In this document: positions 37,860 to 47,533 of the stretch, piece after piece
How the letters are laid out: every line of letters starts with the position of its first letter
Position numbering within the stretch: position 1 is the first letter of the stretch
IMG/VR virus record: IMGVR_UViG_2906976556_000001
Span: 8,557-72,556 of that record
Strand: one strand, 5' to 3'
Length of the DNA: 64,000 bases
Source of the DNA: a virus
Lineage: Duplodnaviria > Caudoviricetes
Notes under the pieces: model-generated
Seen by the model: the letters and a program-made list of their open reading frames with translations, nothing else
Told to the model about the DNA's origin: nothing
Database searches by the model: none
Position numbers and translations under genes: made by a program

Positions 37860-38452
37860 CGGATCCCCTGTCGGTTTGGCTGGTTCCGGTTTCGGCGTGG
37901 GCGACGTGAACGGCCCGGGTTGTTCGCCCACATCGGTGGCGTTAACGAAGGGCTGGGCATGCGGACCCATGCATGCCCCGATTCGCGGGGCGTGTCTTCG
38001 CCTTCCATCCGTGTCGTGGTGACACCGGTGTCGGGATCTGTCGAATGCTCGGCGACGACACCGATATGGACTCGGCCGTTCTCGTCCTGGTAGCCGATGC
38101 GGTCGCCGCGCTGCAGTCTCGGCGCCTCAGGGCGAGGGGCATCAACGAGGACGATGTCACGGAAGATCGCCGCTATGGACTCCGCATGCTCGGCGAGACG
38201 ACGGAGCGCCGACGTGACGCCGTCCCCGACGGTGATAGTCCACCCTGGTGTTCCGCTGCCCCATGGAACGAACACGTTGTCGGTGAGCGGGCCCTCGGAA
38301 GCCGAGCCGGGGCAGCCTGTCTGCGGCAGGCCGTGCCACGACCTGCCGCAGCGGCACACTGGGGCGCGGCCCCCGAAGACTGGTTCGCCGCCCGCCATCT
38401 GCTCGTCCACGAGGCGATCGATGTCGTCGAGGACGTCCTGCTCTGGGTTCAT
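37856..38452 (-). CDS. Hypothetical protein with C-x-C...H...C motif
   Basis: MNPEQDVLDDID start, TGATG and ATGA overlaps with both neighbours. Confidence 0.65.
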   Translation of the reverse strand: MNPEQDVLDDIDRLVDEQMAGGEPVFGGRAPVCRCGRSWHGLPQTGCPGSASEGPLTDNVFVPWGSGTPGWTITVGDGVTSALRRLAEHAESIAAIFRDIVLVDAPRPEAPRLQRGDRIGYQDENGRVHIGVVAEHSTDPDTGVTTTRMEGEDTPRESGHAWVRMPSPSLTPPMWANNPGRSRRPRRNRNQPNRQGIR

Positions 38453-40023
38453 CAGAACGGCCAGTCGGTGTCGGTTCCGTTCTCCAGGAGGGGGATCTGC
38501 CGGAACGCTTGATCCGTCAGTCCGCCGAAAACGTGACGGTTGGGTCCGGATGCGGTGTGGCCATGCCGGTATCCGGCCAGGTTGTACGTGAACAGGGGGA
38601 CGTGATCGGGGATGACGTCGCCCGGGTCTCCGTAGTAGCCGCCGCCCTGTTCGTCCGTGAGGATGACGACACGGTTGTGACTGGAGAACGCAGCCTTCGT
38701 CGCCCCGGCGGTCGCTGTACCGCCGCCGAGGAAGTAGCCGTCCGTCCGCCACCGCTTCAACCCGGACAGGAGGGATTCACCGAGGACCTTCGGGAAGATC
38801 GCGGCCCGGTTCGAGTAGGACACGACGGTGGCGTCGTCGCAACGCCGCGCCAACGCCAACCCGAACAGGGTGGCGGCGTCCCACCGCATCAGGGTGCCGT
38901 CCTTCGAGAACCCGGAATGCATCGAGCTCGACGTGTCGACCATGATCAACGTCCGACCCGGCAGGGAGGGGATGTTGGCGACCGATGCGTCGAGTGCCTT
39001 CTCCAGCGGGTACGACCAGCGCAGCGACGGGGCCGCGTTGTACGCGGACAGGAAGCGGAGCGGGAACTGGCGAGACCTCGCGACCTGAAGCGGTTCGGAC
39101 AGGAACGCGGCGACGACCTCCGCCACCTCATCGGAAACGCCAGCCTGGTCGAAGTTGCGGAGATTCCGGAGCAGGGCCATGTAGCCCATCGACGGGATGA
39201 TCGCCTCCCACAGCTCCTTCGTCCACGGCCCGTTCACCAACGACGGAATCGACTCCCACGTCGCGCCTGCGTCTGCGAGCGCAGGCGCAAGCGCACCCGT
39301 CTCGGCGAGATGGGTGACCTGGGTGGGGTTGAGCTTGCGAAGCGAGGCATTGCGGCGCAGGGTCTCGAGCTCGCCGGGGATCTCCAATCCGTCGACGCCG
39401 ATCCGCTGCCCGATGACGTAATGGAACAGCGCCTGCTGCCACTCGGCCTTCGGTGTCGGCCGGGTCAGCCGGATGACGTCAGCGAACCGCACACCATGAG
39501 ACGCGGTGTCGTACTTGAGGACCGAGCGTTCCGTGTACAGCCGAACGACTGCATCAGCGACGCCGCGCTTCACCGGCTTCGGCAGCTTCCGGCCGTACCG
39601 TGAATGCCAGTAGGCGATGAACTCGCCTGGCTCGTCCGGCCGCTGCAGGACCGCGTTGACGATGCCGCGGGAACCGTCAAGGCCCGCGTCGAGGCGGGCC
39701 TTCACTGCTTCGGCAGCGAGAACGAGAGACGCAGTCCGCATGTTCGCCTCGGAACGCAGCCAGGTCGCGAACCGTGTCAACCAGTCGAAGTCATCGACAG
39801 CGACCGCCTTGACCAGTGAGGTGAAGCGGGAGTCGCGGTCGCGGGCGTTCTCGTAGAACGTGTCCTCGCCAACCATGTTCGCCACCGCCAGCAGGAACAG
39901 TTCCGACTTAGTGTCACGGGTGAACCCGGGTGCGCCTTCGAACGTGCGGCCGGACGGGGAGGTCTCCGACCGGATCGGGCCTCTACCCGCCGGACGAGCC
40001 AGGGCGGTGTTGAACTTCGACAT
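38452..40023 (-). CDS. rsr: Ro60/TROVE-domain RNA-binding protein (Rsr)
   Basis: TFEGAPGF, RPDEPGE, MGYMALLRNLRN, SRQFPLRF; vWA MIDAS DTSSSM and ILTDEQ; ATG at 40023 with GAGAGG RBS. Confidence 0.95.
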   Translation of the reverse strand: MSKFNTALARPAGRGPIRSETSPSGRTFEGAPGFTRDTKSELFLLAVANMVGEDTFYENARDRDSRFTSLVKAVAVDDFDWLTRFATWLRSEANMRTASLVLAAEAVKARLDAGLDGSRGIVNAVLQRPDEPGEFIAYWHSRYGRKLPKPVKRGVADAVVRLYTERSVLKYDTASHGVRFADVIRLTRPTPKAEWQQALFHYVIGQRIGVDGLEIPGELETLRRNASLRKLNPTQVTHLAETGALAPALADAGATWESIPSLVNGPWTKELWEAIIPSMGYMALLRNLRNFDQAGVSDEVAEVVAAFLSEPLQVARSRQFPLRFLSAYNAAPSLRWSYPLEKALDASVANIPSLPGRTLIMVDTSSSMHSGFSKDGTLMRWDAATLFGLALARRCDDATVVSYSNRAAIFPKVLGESLLSGLKRWRTDGYFLGGGTATAGATKAAFSSHNRVVILTDEQGGGYYGDPGDVIPDHVPLFTYNLAGYRHGHTASGPNRHVFGGLTDQAFRQIPLLENGTDTDWPF

Positions 40024-40065
40024 GGGGCCTCTCTCAACATCGTTGGAGGGGAGCCGAACCATGCG

Positions 40066-40204
40066 TAGCAGTGCCGAGAAACGGAAGGGGGCCACGCTGA
40101 TTAAATTTCTCGCTCTACCAACTGAGCTACCTGAGCTGCACGCACAGGGCGGGGGTCGAACCCGCGACACAGAAGGATGCGCAGTCGGCACACCGGCACT
40201 GCCA
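40066..40204 (-). ncRNA. Y RNA-like 1 (YrlA-type circularly permuted tRNA mimic)
   Basis: Terminal stem GCAGTGCC/GGCACTGC, GGTGTG...TTTCTC; T arm GCGGG-TTCGACC-CCCGC precedes closed acceptor-like hairpin CCTG/CAGG and D arm TAGCTCAGTTGGTAGAGC. Confidence 0.88.
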
Positions 40205-40217
40205 CTATGGAATTAGG

Positions 40218-40321
40218 CCCCCGAGGAATAGTGCGTAACCGTCTGCGGGCTTGAACCGCAACAACGAACCACAGTCCGTTGCCTGAACCAGAAGTAACGG
40301 TCCGACGCGACACACCGGGAG
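40218..40321 (-). ncRNA. Y RNA-like 2 (T arm only, no D arm)
   Basis: CTCCC/GGGGG stem, GGTGTG...TTCCTC, TACTTCT, 9-bp hairpin, T arm TGCGG-TTCAAGC-CCGCA. Confidence 0.75.
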
Positions 40322-40337
40322 TGCAAATGCGTTTAGT

Positions 40338-40480
40338 GCGTGGCTGAGGAAAAGTCGATGGTGGTAACGAAGTGTTCTAGGCCGCTGAACTACGGGACTC
40401 GTTGAGCCTCGGTGGGATTCGAACCCACGTCTCTCTCTTAGCAGGAGAAGTAACCACATGCATCTGCACACCAGCCACGC
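40338..40480 (-). ncRNA. Y RNA-like 3 (YrlA-type, with anticodon-like hairpin)
   Basis: GCGTGGCT/AGCCACGC stem, GGTGTG...TTCCTC, TACTTCT; T arm GTGGG-TTCGAAT-CCCAC then D arm TAGTTCAGCGGCCTAGAAC. Confidence 0.88.
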
Positions 40481-40493
40481 TGTTCAGTTGTAA

Positions 40494-40566
40494 TGCTTCA
40501 GAGAAAGCCGTGGGGCACGGGATAATTCACCCAAAGAAGTACCGCGACCCGATCACACCTGAAGCA
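40494..40566 (-). ncRNA. Y RNA-like 4 (minimal, no tRNA domain)
   Basis: TGCTTCA/TGAAGCA stem, GGTGTG...TTTCTC, TACTTCT. Confidence 0.72.
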
Positions 40567-40572
40567 CCACAA

Positions 40573-40601
40573 ACGTTATCGGCGCCGACGTTGACACTCA
40601 A
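40573..40601 (-). promoter_or_regulatory. Putative SigA promoter of the Y RNA/rsr/RNA-repair locus
   Basis: TTGAGT-N17-TAACGT, with 6 nt between the -10 and the first Y-like stem; palindrome TCGGCGCCGA in the spacer. Confidence 0.6.
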
Positions 40602-40616
40602 CCTGTTTCCGAACGG

Positions 40617-41405
40617 TCAGAATCGGCGGTCGATCTCGGCGGCCGCCCAGTCCGTCCACGTCAGCGTCGAGCCGGGGAATCGCTCGGTCGCATACAGGGT
40701 GTGTTCGGTGGTGCGCGGTGTCCGGGCCGGGTTGGGGAATGCGTATCCGGCGAGGCCGATGAGTGCTTCGGTGTAGCGGCCGGGGCGGATGCGGGCGAGC
40801 CAGTCAGCTTTGCGGAGGGCGTCGACGGACTTGAACGGGTCGGCGGCTTTGCCTTCGAGTGCTGCGAAGGGGGAGAGTCCGCGGGCGATGTGTCGTGCGG
40901 GGGAGTATTCGTCGGCGTTGCCGATGATGTCGTGCGGGTTGCAGACTTCGAGGTTCAACATTCCGGCGGGGAGTGGGCCGTGGGATGAGTGAAGGCCAGA
41001 GCCTTTCAGCCCGGAGACGGCGGAGTCGCCCCTGTTTCGGGACGGGTTTGCGATGCCGACGTGGAAAGCGATCTCCATCCGCGACCCGTCACGGTTCCGG
41101 TACTTGCCGGAGGCGACGCCTTCGAGGAACCGCATCGCGGCAATGCCACCGAGACTGTACGACACGAGTCCGACAACATCGTTCGTCGATTGGACGAAGC
41201 GGACGAGGTCGGCGACGGCCTGGGTGACGGAGTCGTCGAGGGACAGTGGGAGTTCCCCGGCCGCGCGGATGTTCCCGATCGATGCCGAATATGAGATGTC
41301 GTAAAGGTCCCACTTGTTTTGGAAGTGGCGGGCGACGTGGCCGGTCATGGCGCCGTTGAGTGCACCGCGCTGGTTGGCGGTGCCGCGGATCGTTACGAGG
41401 ATCAT
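40617..41405 (-). CDS. lysB: Lysin B-like cutinase/serine esterase
   Basis: TIRGT N-terminus, GLVSYSLGG nucleophile elbow, IANPSR, candidate Asp (HDII) and His (EHTLY). Confidence 0.72.
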   Translation of the reverse strand: MILVTIRGTANQRGALNGAMTGHVARHFQNKWDLYDISYSASIGNIRAAGELPLSLDDSVTQAVADLVRFVQSTNDVVGLVSYSLGGIAAMRFLEGVASGKYRNRDGSRMEIAFHVGIANPSRNRGDSAVSGLKGSGLHSSHGPLPAGMLNLEVCNPHDIIGNADEYSPARHIARGLSPFAALEGKAADPFKSVDALRKADWLARIRPGRYTEALIGLAGYAFPNPARTPRTTEHTLYATERFPGSTLTWTDWAAAEIDRRF

Positions 41406-41776
41406 GGGGTCTCCAGTTCGGTGATCTCCAAGGTGATGCGCGGGTTCGCGCGGTCGAGTTCGACGCGGCAGGACTCGGTGCGGACGAACACGTAGTGGTC
41501 GTCGGGCCAGACACCGGCGTCTTTGAAGCCGTCGATCGTCGCTTTCAGGAGAGGAAAGAGGCTGCCAGCGTCGCGGCGGATGGCGTTGGGCGCCCACCAC
41601 GTGATGAGGACGTCGGAGCGGGTGTGCTCGCGGATCTTCAGGGATTTCGCGAGGGCCCACATTTCGCGGCGGACGGTCTTGGTGGTGCGCGAGTTGTGGC
41701 GGCCGGTGGACCGGGCGGACTCGTTGGATGTTTTCGGTGGCCGCAGGTAGGGGAGTGTGACGAGGGTGGCGGTCAC
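41402..41776 (-). CDS. rusA: RusA-like Holliday junction resolvase
   Basis: RRDAGSL...KATIDGFKDAGVWPDD. Confidence 0.8.
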   Translation of the reverse strand: MTATLVTLPYLRPPKTSNESARSTGRHNSRTTKTVRREMWALAKSLKIREHTRSDVLITWWAPNAIRRDAGSLFPLLKATIDGFKDAGVWPDDHYVFVRTESCRVELDRANPRITLEITELETP

Positions 41777-44700
41777 AGGATTTCGTCCATCAGCTCGAGA
41801 GTGAGGCTGTCAGCATTCTCGGCCGCAATCGACTCCGGTATGCCCAGCATCGAACACAGGGCACCCAGGGATAGCGTCAGCGCTTGCGACATGTGGGTGA
41901 GCAGTTCGATGCGCTGCCCGGTGTCGAGTTGCGCGATGAACGACTCCCACGCCTCCGCTTCAGTGTTCACGTCTGGCTTTCCGCAGCGAGACGACGAAGC
42001 CGGTACACGTACCAGCGCACTTTCTTCCACGTCGACGTCGGCCCGTAGTGCTCGTAGCAGGGCGCCGAGTACCACCATTGGCCGCACTCGTCGCATTCCG
42101 CGACTGAGTAGTCGGCGTATCCGGTGGAGCCGTAGCCGCCTCGCATCGTTGGGAGGTCGCACTGGTGTTTCCTGTTCTCGCGTGGTTCGATCACGCGGGC
42201 GCTCATGGCTTTTGCTCCTGGTCCTTGCGTTCGCGGCTTCGACGCCGGTTGTGGCGTTCGTTGGCGACGCAGGTGCCGTCGGAGTGCCCGAGGGCGTAGA
42301 TACGTGCCGCTAGCCGATGCAGATCGGAGATGCCCGATTCGTCAAGGGCAGTCTTGTTGTCGAACTTGTCGGCGGATCGACGCTCGTTGTCGACGTACTC
42401 CTCAACGAGCTGAACAACTTCGTTCGGTTCTACTGGCAGGCTCATCGCTTACCGCCTCTCATCGCGAAGGCCAGCGCCCGATAGCGCCAATACTGGCGCA
42501 ACGACATGTGGCAGAACCACTCGTGTGTCGCGCCGAATCCGACGCACAGTCCAGCTACGAACGCGAGAATCGTTGCTCCGCTCATGGGGTCCTCCGCGCT
42601 TCGTAGTATTTCGCGAGTGCATCCTGTGCTTCCGCGAGCGCATGATCGACGGCGTACTGGTGTTGCCAGTCGGTCTCGGGGTGCCGGTATTCGCGGTCCC
42701 GTTGTTCCTGCGCGTGCATCACCTTGAGCCGTGGTCGTTCCAGTTCGATGTCGACCGCTGGAGGCTCCGGCTCCTTCGGTGTGAGGGTGTATGCCGCCGA
42801 CACCACAGAAGCCACATGAGCGGGGTAGTTCTCGCCCCACCATCCGCATTCGCAGTTCGATGCGTCGTCGGATGATGCTGGCCCGAAGTAGCGGCAGACG
42901 TGGTCTCGCAGTAGTGCGGTGAGGTCGGTTTCCACGCTCACACACCACCCCTCAATCCGGAGCGCCACAACATCAGCGACATGACAGCCGACGATGCGAT
43001 GTAGGCAGTGAACAGTGCTGCGATGGTGGGGACGTAGCTCGAATCCCATCTCCACGAGGCGACGACTGCAAACCACAGTGCAGCAAGCAGTGACGTGATC
43101 CGAGTCAGTGTTACGAGGGCAGCGAATGCAATGGCTACCCGATCCCCCGCGCTCACTTGCTCTCCTCCCCAGCAGCAGGCACAGCAGCGAGAGCGGCGAT
43201 ACGCACAGGCCCGAACCGGCGCACCAGCTCGTCCCAGGCGTAGTAAACCTTGCCGCCGAACAGGTAGCCCTTCCATTCGTTGTCGTGTGTGCGCCCGAAC
43301 CTCAGCGCCACTCCGCTGTCGTACTCGTCGATGTCGTCGAACTCGATCGAATCGACGGCGATCACGTTCTCTGCGGGCTCGGGCGAGCCCATGTCGAGGA
43401 CGGTTCCGATTGCGTTGTCAGTCATTGGTGTTCTCCTCAGCAGGCTTCGCAGTCGCCGCACGACTCTGAATTGCCGCGTCCGATCACAGGACCGGAGTCG
43501 ACATCCTCGTATCCGAGAGCCATATACTGCTCGCGGATTTCACGCAGGCTAGGCCGATGGTCACTCATGGTTGGTGTTCTCCTGTGCGGAAACAGGCGCG
43601 GCCCGGACGATGCGATTGCCGTCGTCGCATTCCGCCTCACACGCACCATCGTGGTTGTCGGTCAGGTTGAGGGCTTCGTGGTTGGGGTCTGTCGCGCAGT
43701 GCGGGCAGCACCGAAACTTCGCGCCCATCACTCACCGTCCTGTGCGGAAGGGGCGGGGAGCCACTGCGCGATCGTGAACAGCTCCCCGTTCTGCCGCACC
43801 TCGAACCAGTGACGGTGCCACTCGCCTTCGTTGTCGCAGCCGACTCCATCCACGCGCCCGCACCACTTGACGCGCGGCCGGTAAGCGAGACGTGACTCGG
43901 TGATCGACAGCACCTCGCTACCGTGTTGCAGGCCGACGTTGTGCTCCAGGTCCGCTTGCAACTCGGCACGATCGAGGTCGTGGCCCTGGTGAATCCGCCC
44001 CCAACGATCGTTGCTCGTGTAGATGTCCTGCGGGTAGGCGCTCACGATTCCTCCTGTGCGGGTGCGGTAGGCGAAGCAGCAGCGGCGAGGGGTTCCCAAT
44101 CCGAATCCAGTTCGTCGCGGTACTCCAACTGAACCGTGTCCACGCCAGGCAGACCGGCAAGTGCGCTCTGATGCAACTCGAACCACCGCTCGGCTTCCTC
44201 GCGATCGCAACCGAACGTCGTCGGCAACATGTACTTCTGACCGAGGGTCGACGCGGCCCGGTAGGTGCGCACTATGCCGTCGCTGGGCACGATGGTGTGT
44301 CCGTGGTGCCGCAACCGCTCCACCTGGTGGCCTGCAAGTATTCGGCGTGCTTGCGGAGGTATCAGGAACTCCGACTTAGACTTCGGAGCCACCTCCTCAT
44401 GGCCACACAGGCAGACCGCGCGCACTTCATGTCTCCCTGGCATAGAGACCAAAGACCAACTCGACAGGCCGTGCTCCGCGATGATGGCTTCGGGTGACAC
44501 ATCAGACATCAGACGGCCTTCTCTCGGTAGTACCAACCGTCCCAATCCACAGGCACCTCAGGGAAGCCACGTAGCACCGCATCCAGCTTCTCGGTCACCG
44601 ATTGCCAGCCACCGAACGCCGACTTGAACTCCGGGTTGTGCAGCAACGTCGTTCCATCCCAACGAAACATCCAGTTCCCGCCGTAGCGGGTGTCAGCGAC

Positions 44701-46551
44701 AGACAGCAACGAGTCGAAGTCGCTCGCATCACGATCAGTGAACGAAAACAGGCGGTAGGAGCCGAGCGTTACGACTGTCTCGCCGTGCTTACGGCTCGCC
44801 CACAGCGCGTCGACTCGCTCGCCGTCGAACGTTGCCGGTGCGAACGCATATGGCGTCCGTGAGGGTGTGAACTTGTCACGCTTCGTGAGGCTCATCGTGG
44901 ATCACCCGACTCCCACAACACCGTCGCAGACAACTTCGGCTGCCCAACGCCGTAACCAACTGCGACCCAACCGCCATTCCATCGCTCCATCACGGCCGTG
45001 TCAGCGTCGCGGATAACAGTCTCCATCACGCAAGCGTCCAGCTCTTCGACCGATTCGATCAGTCGTGCTGGTGGACGCCAACCCGCAGCGAGAACCGCCT
45101 CCGCGAGAGCGTGTTCCGTCGGGTAACGGTCCGGCGGCCGCTTGTCGTAGTCGGCGCGGATCGTCGCAGCCAATGCATCTCGTTCGCTCATGCCGAGTAG
45201 TCCTTTCTCGCGGCCTTCGTCAAATGCCAGAACCCACACGCACACTGGTACGAACGAGACGGCAACGCGCCGCTACGGCGGGAGCGTTGCCACACCGTCG
45301 ACATCGACTGCTCAGCCCGCTCCCGGCTAGCGAATTTCTTCTTTCCCGGATGCGGGCACGGCGGCCGACCAGCCTGCTCGAGATGCTCCCGGCCCCGCTC
45401 CGCCGCCAACGTTTCGTGACGCGTGTAATCACCGCGATACTCCCAACCACACGAACACGACGTCCGGTACATGCGACGCTTCGCCCCAGTCACCGCAGGA
45501 GACAAGCCGACGATGCGGATCCGATGCCCGCTCACGACGCCCGCCCCATCTCGCCGTCCTTCAACGCCAACCGGCAGTCACGGCACGCCCCACAAATGCA
45601 CACACCATCCACCGACTGCGGCGACCCGCCATCGAAACTCCGCACCTGACCAACCACCGCACGCAACCGCTTCACAGGAGTCTTCCCGTCACTCACACGA
45701 TCACCCGCTCATAGCCAGCCCGAAACTCCAATTCCCGCAACACCTGAAACATGCCCGTTCCGACACGGACAATCCAGCCGTTTGGATACACGTCAGTGGG
45801 CTGACCGTCCGGGTCGATCAGCTCGAACACATACCCGCCGAACGGGGCCGGCCGCGACAGTTGGAACGTCCAGCCTTCCGGATCAGTCCACGCTGCAACC
45901 TGTTTGGCCGACTCCGGAGTGTTGTCCCACTGCATCGCCTGCACCCGCTCCGGGCGCTTCTGAAACACCAACACCCCGGTCACAACACGCCTCCCTCGGA
46001 GGGCTTCGAAATGTCTTGTGGTCGTCGCAGAGTGCGGACGCCGTCGCCGACATTCGTGACGACGATCGACGGGTCGATCTTGATATCGCCCTCCACGAAC
46101 AGGCGGACCTGCACGAACTTGAACCGCTCGACCTCCGTGTGGTGAATCTCGAGACCTTCGGTGGACACAGCCCACGGGACGAACTCGCCGTTCAGGTAGA
46201 GCTCGTAGCCGCCATCAACGTCGTCCTTGCGGCGGATCTCGAACGCGCTGGCAATTCGGTCGCTTCGATCGCTCATGCTGTGCGTCCTTCGATCAGCGAG
46301 AGCGTGTACATCGGCATCTCGCCGCGCTGGTCGTACGTCTTGGCCTTGACCGTGACGATGGTGTTCCGGTCCCAGTTCGCGGTCTGGGCCATGATCTCGT
46401 CGAGGTCGGCGAGTGTGATGTTGTCGCGCGCTTCGAGTTTCAGTTCGGTGGTGAGCTGTGCACGCCGCGGGGCGCGAGCTCGTCGGCCAGCCGATTCCAT
46501 CTGCTCGGTCTCCATGTTCTGCTGAAGTGGTTGCTGATTCCAGATGCTCAT
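41773..46551 (-). other. Run of about 15 small, coupled hypothetical early genes, several Cys/His-rich
   Basis: Consecutive minus-strand ORFs with ATGA/GTGA overlaps (e.g. 41967-42206, 42203-42445, 44509-44895, 45188-45535, 46273-46551). Confidence 0.55.
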
Positions 46552-47303
46552 TGCCCCTCCTGGGGGTGTAGTGGTTCGGAATGAAATCGGTTGACTGCGT
46601 CGGGTTTCGGGTGGCAGTCACGTGGTCGCGGTGAACAGCAGTCCCTGCACACCGACATCGATCGATGCCGTGCAGACGGACCGGGGCATGCGCTCTCATG
46701 GGTGCACTCGTACGTCCCGTCGCCGTGATTGACGACATCGCCGCCGCAATGGAATCGGAGCGGCCGATCCGGGTACTCACGCGACCACTTCTGCTCGTAC
46801 TCGTATGCGCCCCAAAAACATTTCTGCCGCAGATGGAACGTCACAGGCGGCCCGAGGACCGCGACGACGTTCTCCTGCCAGGTCACGGCCTGTTGGCGGC
46901 GGGTGACAACCTCCTCGCAGGCGGGGCAGACGCCGGCCGTCTCATACCTGGCTGCGTTCTCCGCCGACTCGGCCGCGATCTTCACGGACACGACCTCACG
47001 ACACGGCGTCAGATCCCCGCACTTCACACACACCGGATAGTGCTCGCCGAGGATCGGCCACAGGGTGTCCACGACCCGGCCGTGAATGTCTTCGTCCATC
47101 GCCGTACGCCAAGTGTCGAGTTGCGCGGGACGCAGGTGCAGCATGTACGGCTTGCACCAGGTCTGTTCGCCGTCGCGCAGCGGTGAGTCTCGGACTTCCA
47201 TGACTCGCCACGGCTGGTAGTCGTGGCCGATGATGTCTCCGACGTCGGGTCGAGTCTTGGCGTCGACGCGTCGAGCGCCGTCCGGCCACCACTGCCGCCT
47301 CAC
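46548..47303 (-). CDS. Cys-rich hypothetical protein
   Basis: GTGA overlap; CVKC, CPAC and further Cys/His clusters. Confidence 0.6.
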   Translation of the reverse strand: MRRQWWPDGARRVDAKTRPDVGDIIGHDYQPWRVMEVRDSPLRDGEQTWCKPYMLHLRPAQLDTWRTAMDEDIHGRVVDTLWPILGEHYPVCVKCGDLTPCREVVSVKIAAESAENAARYETAGVCPACEEVVTRRQQAVTWQENVVAVLGPPVTFHLRQKCFWGAYEYEQKWSREYPDRPLRFHCGGDVVNHGDGTYECTHESACPGPSARHRSMSVCRDCCSPRPRDCHPKPDAVNRFHSEPLHPQEGQ

Positions 47304-47533
47304 TGGTCCTCCTGTGGGTGGAGAGGTTCGGTGATGTCTCGCTGCTCCGGCTCGTCGAGATCGGTCAGCCCCGACCCGACCGACACGGCGCCGTCGTACC
47401 GGTCCGCCGCACGCAACCGGTTCAGACACGGTGTCCGCCGCTCCCTCCCGTCCGGCCACACACAGCGGGACCGGACGGGAGCGTGGCAGTCAGGGCAGGC
47501 GACGATCCCGGCGTCGTTGTGTGCGGCCGTCAC
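47300..47533 (-). CDS. Small zinc-finger protein
   Basis: CPDC...C...PC..R; coupled to the replication gene. Confidence 0.6.
   Translation of the reverse strand: MTAAHNDAGIVACPDCHAPVRSRCVWPDGRERRTPCLNRLRAADRYDGAVSVGSGLTDLDEPEQRDITEPLHPQEDQ

Noticed and set aside
40066-40480. Canonical tRNA genes (T-loop and D-loop sequences present)
   Set aside because: The T arm precedes the D arm, the acceptor-like stem is closed by a loop and there is no free 3' CCA end; this is a permuted mimic, not a tRNA
40066-40566. CRISPR array
   Set aside because: Units share only short motifs and structure, with no identical direct repeats, no regular spacing and no cas genes
40573-40596. PafBC motif at the Y RNA promoter (TGTCAA...TAACGT)
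   Set aside because: Spacing is 12 nt, not 10, and the hexamer deviates; a -35/-10 pair with 17-nt spacing fits better
40024-40776. ORF-track 5' extension of rsr to 40191 and short ORFs at 40101-40313, 40205-40471 and 40402-40776
   Set aside because: They overlap the structured RNAs and lack protein features; the ATG at 40023 has a clear RBS
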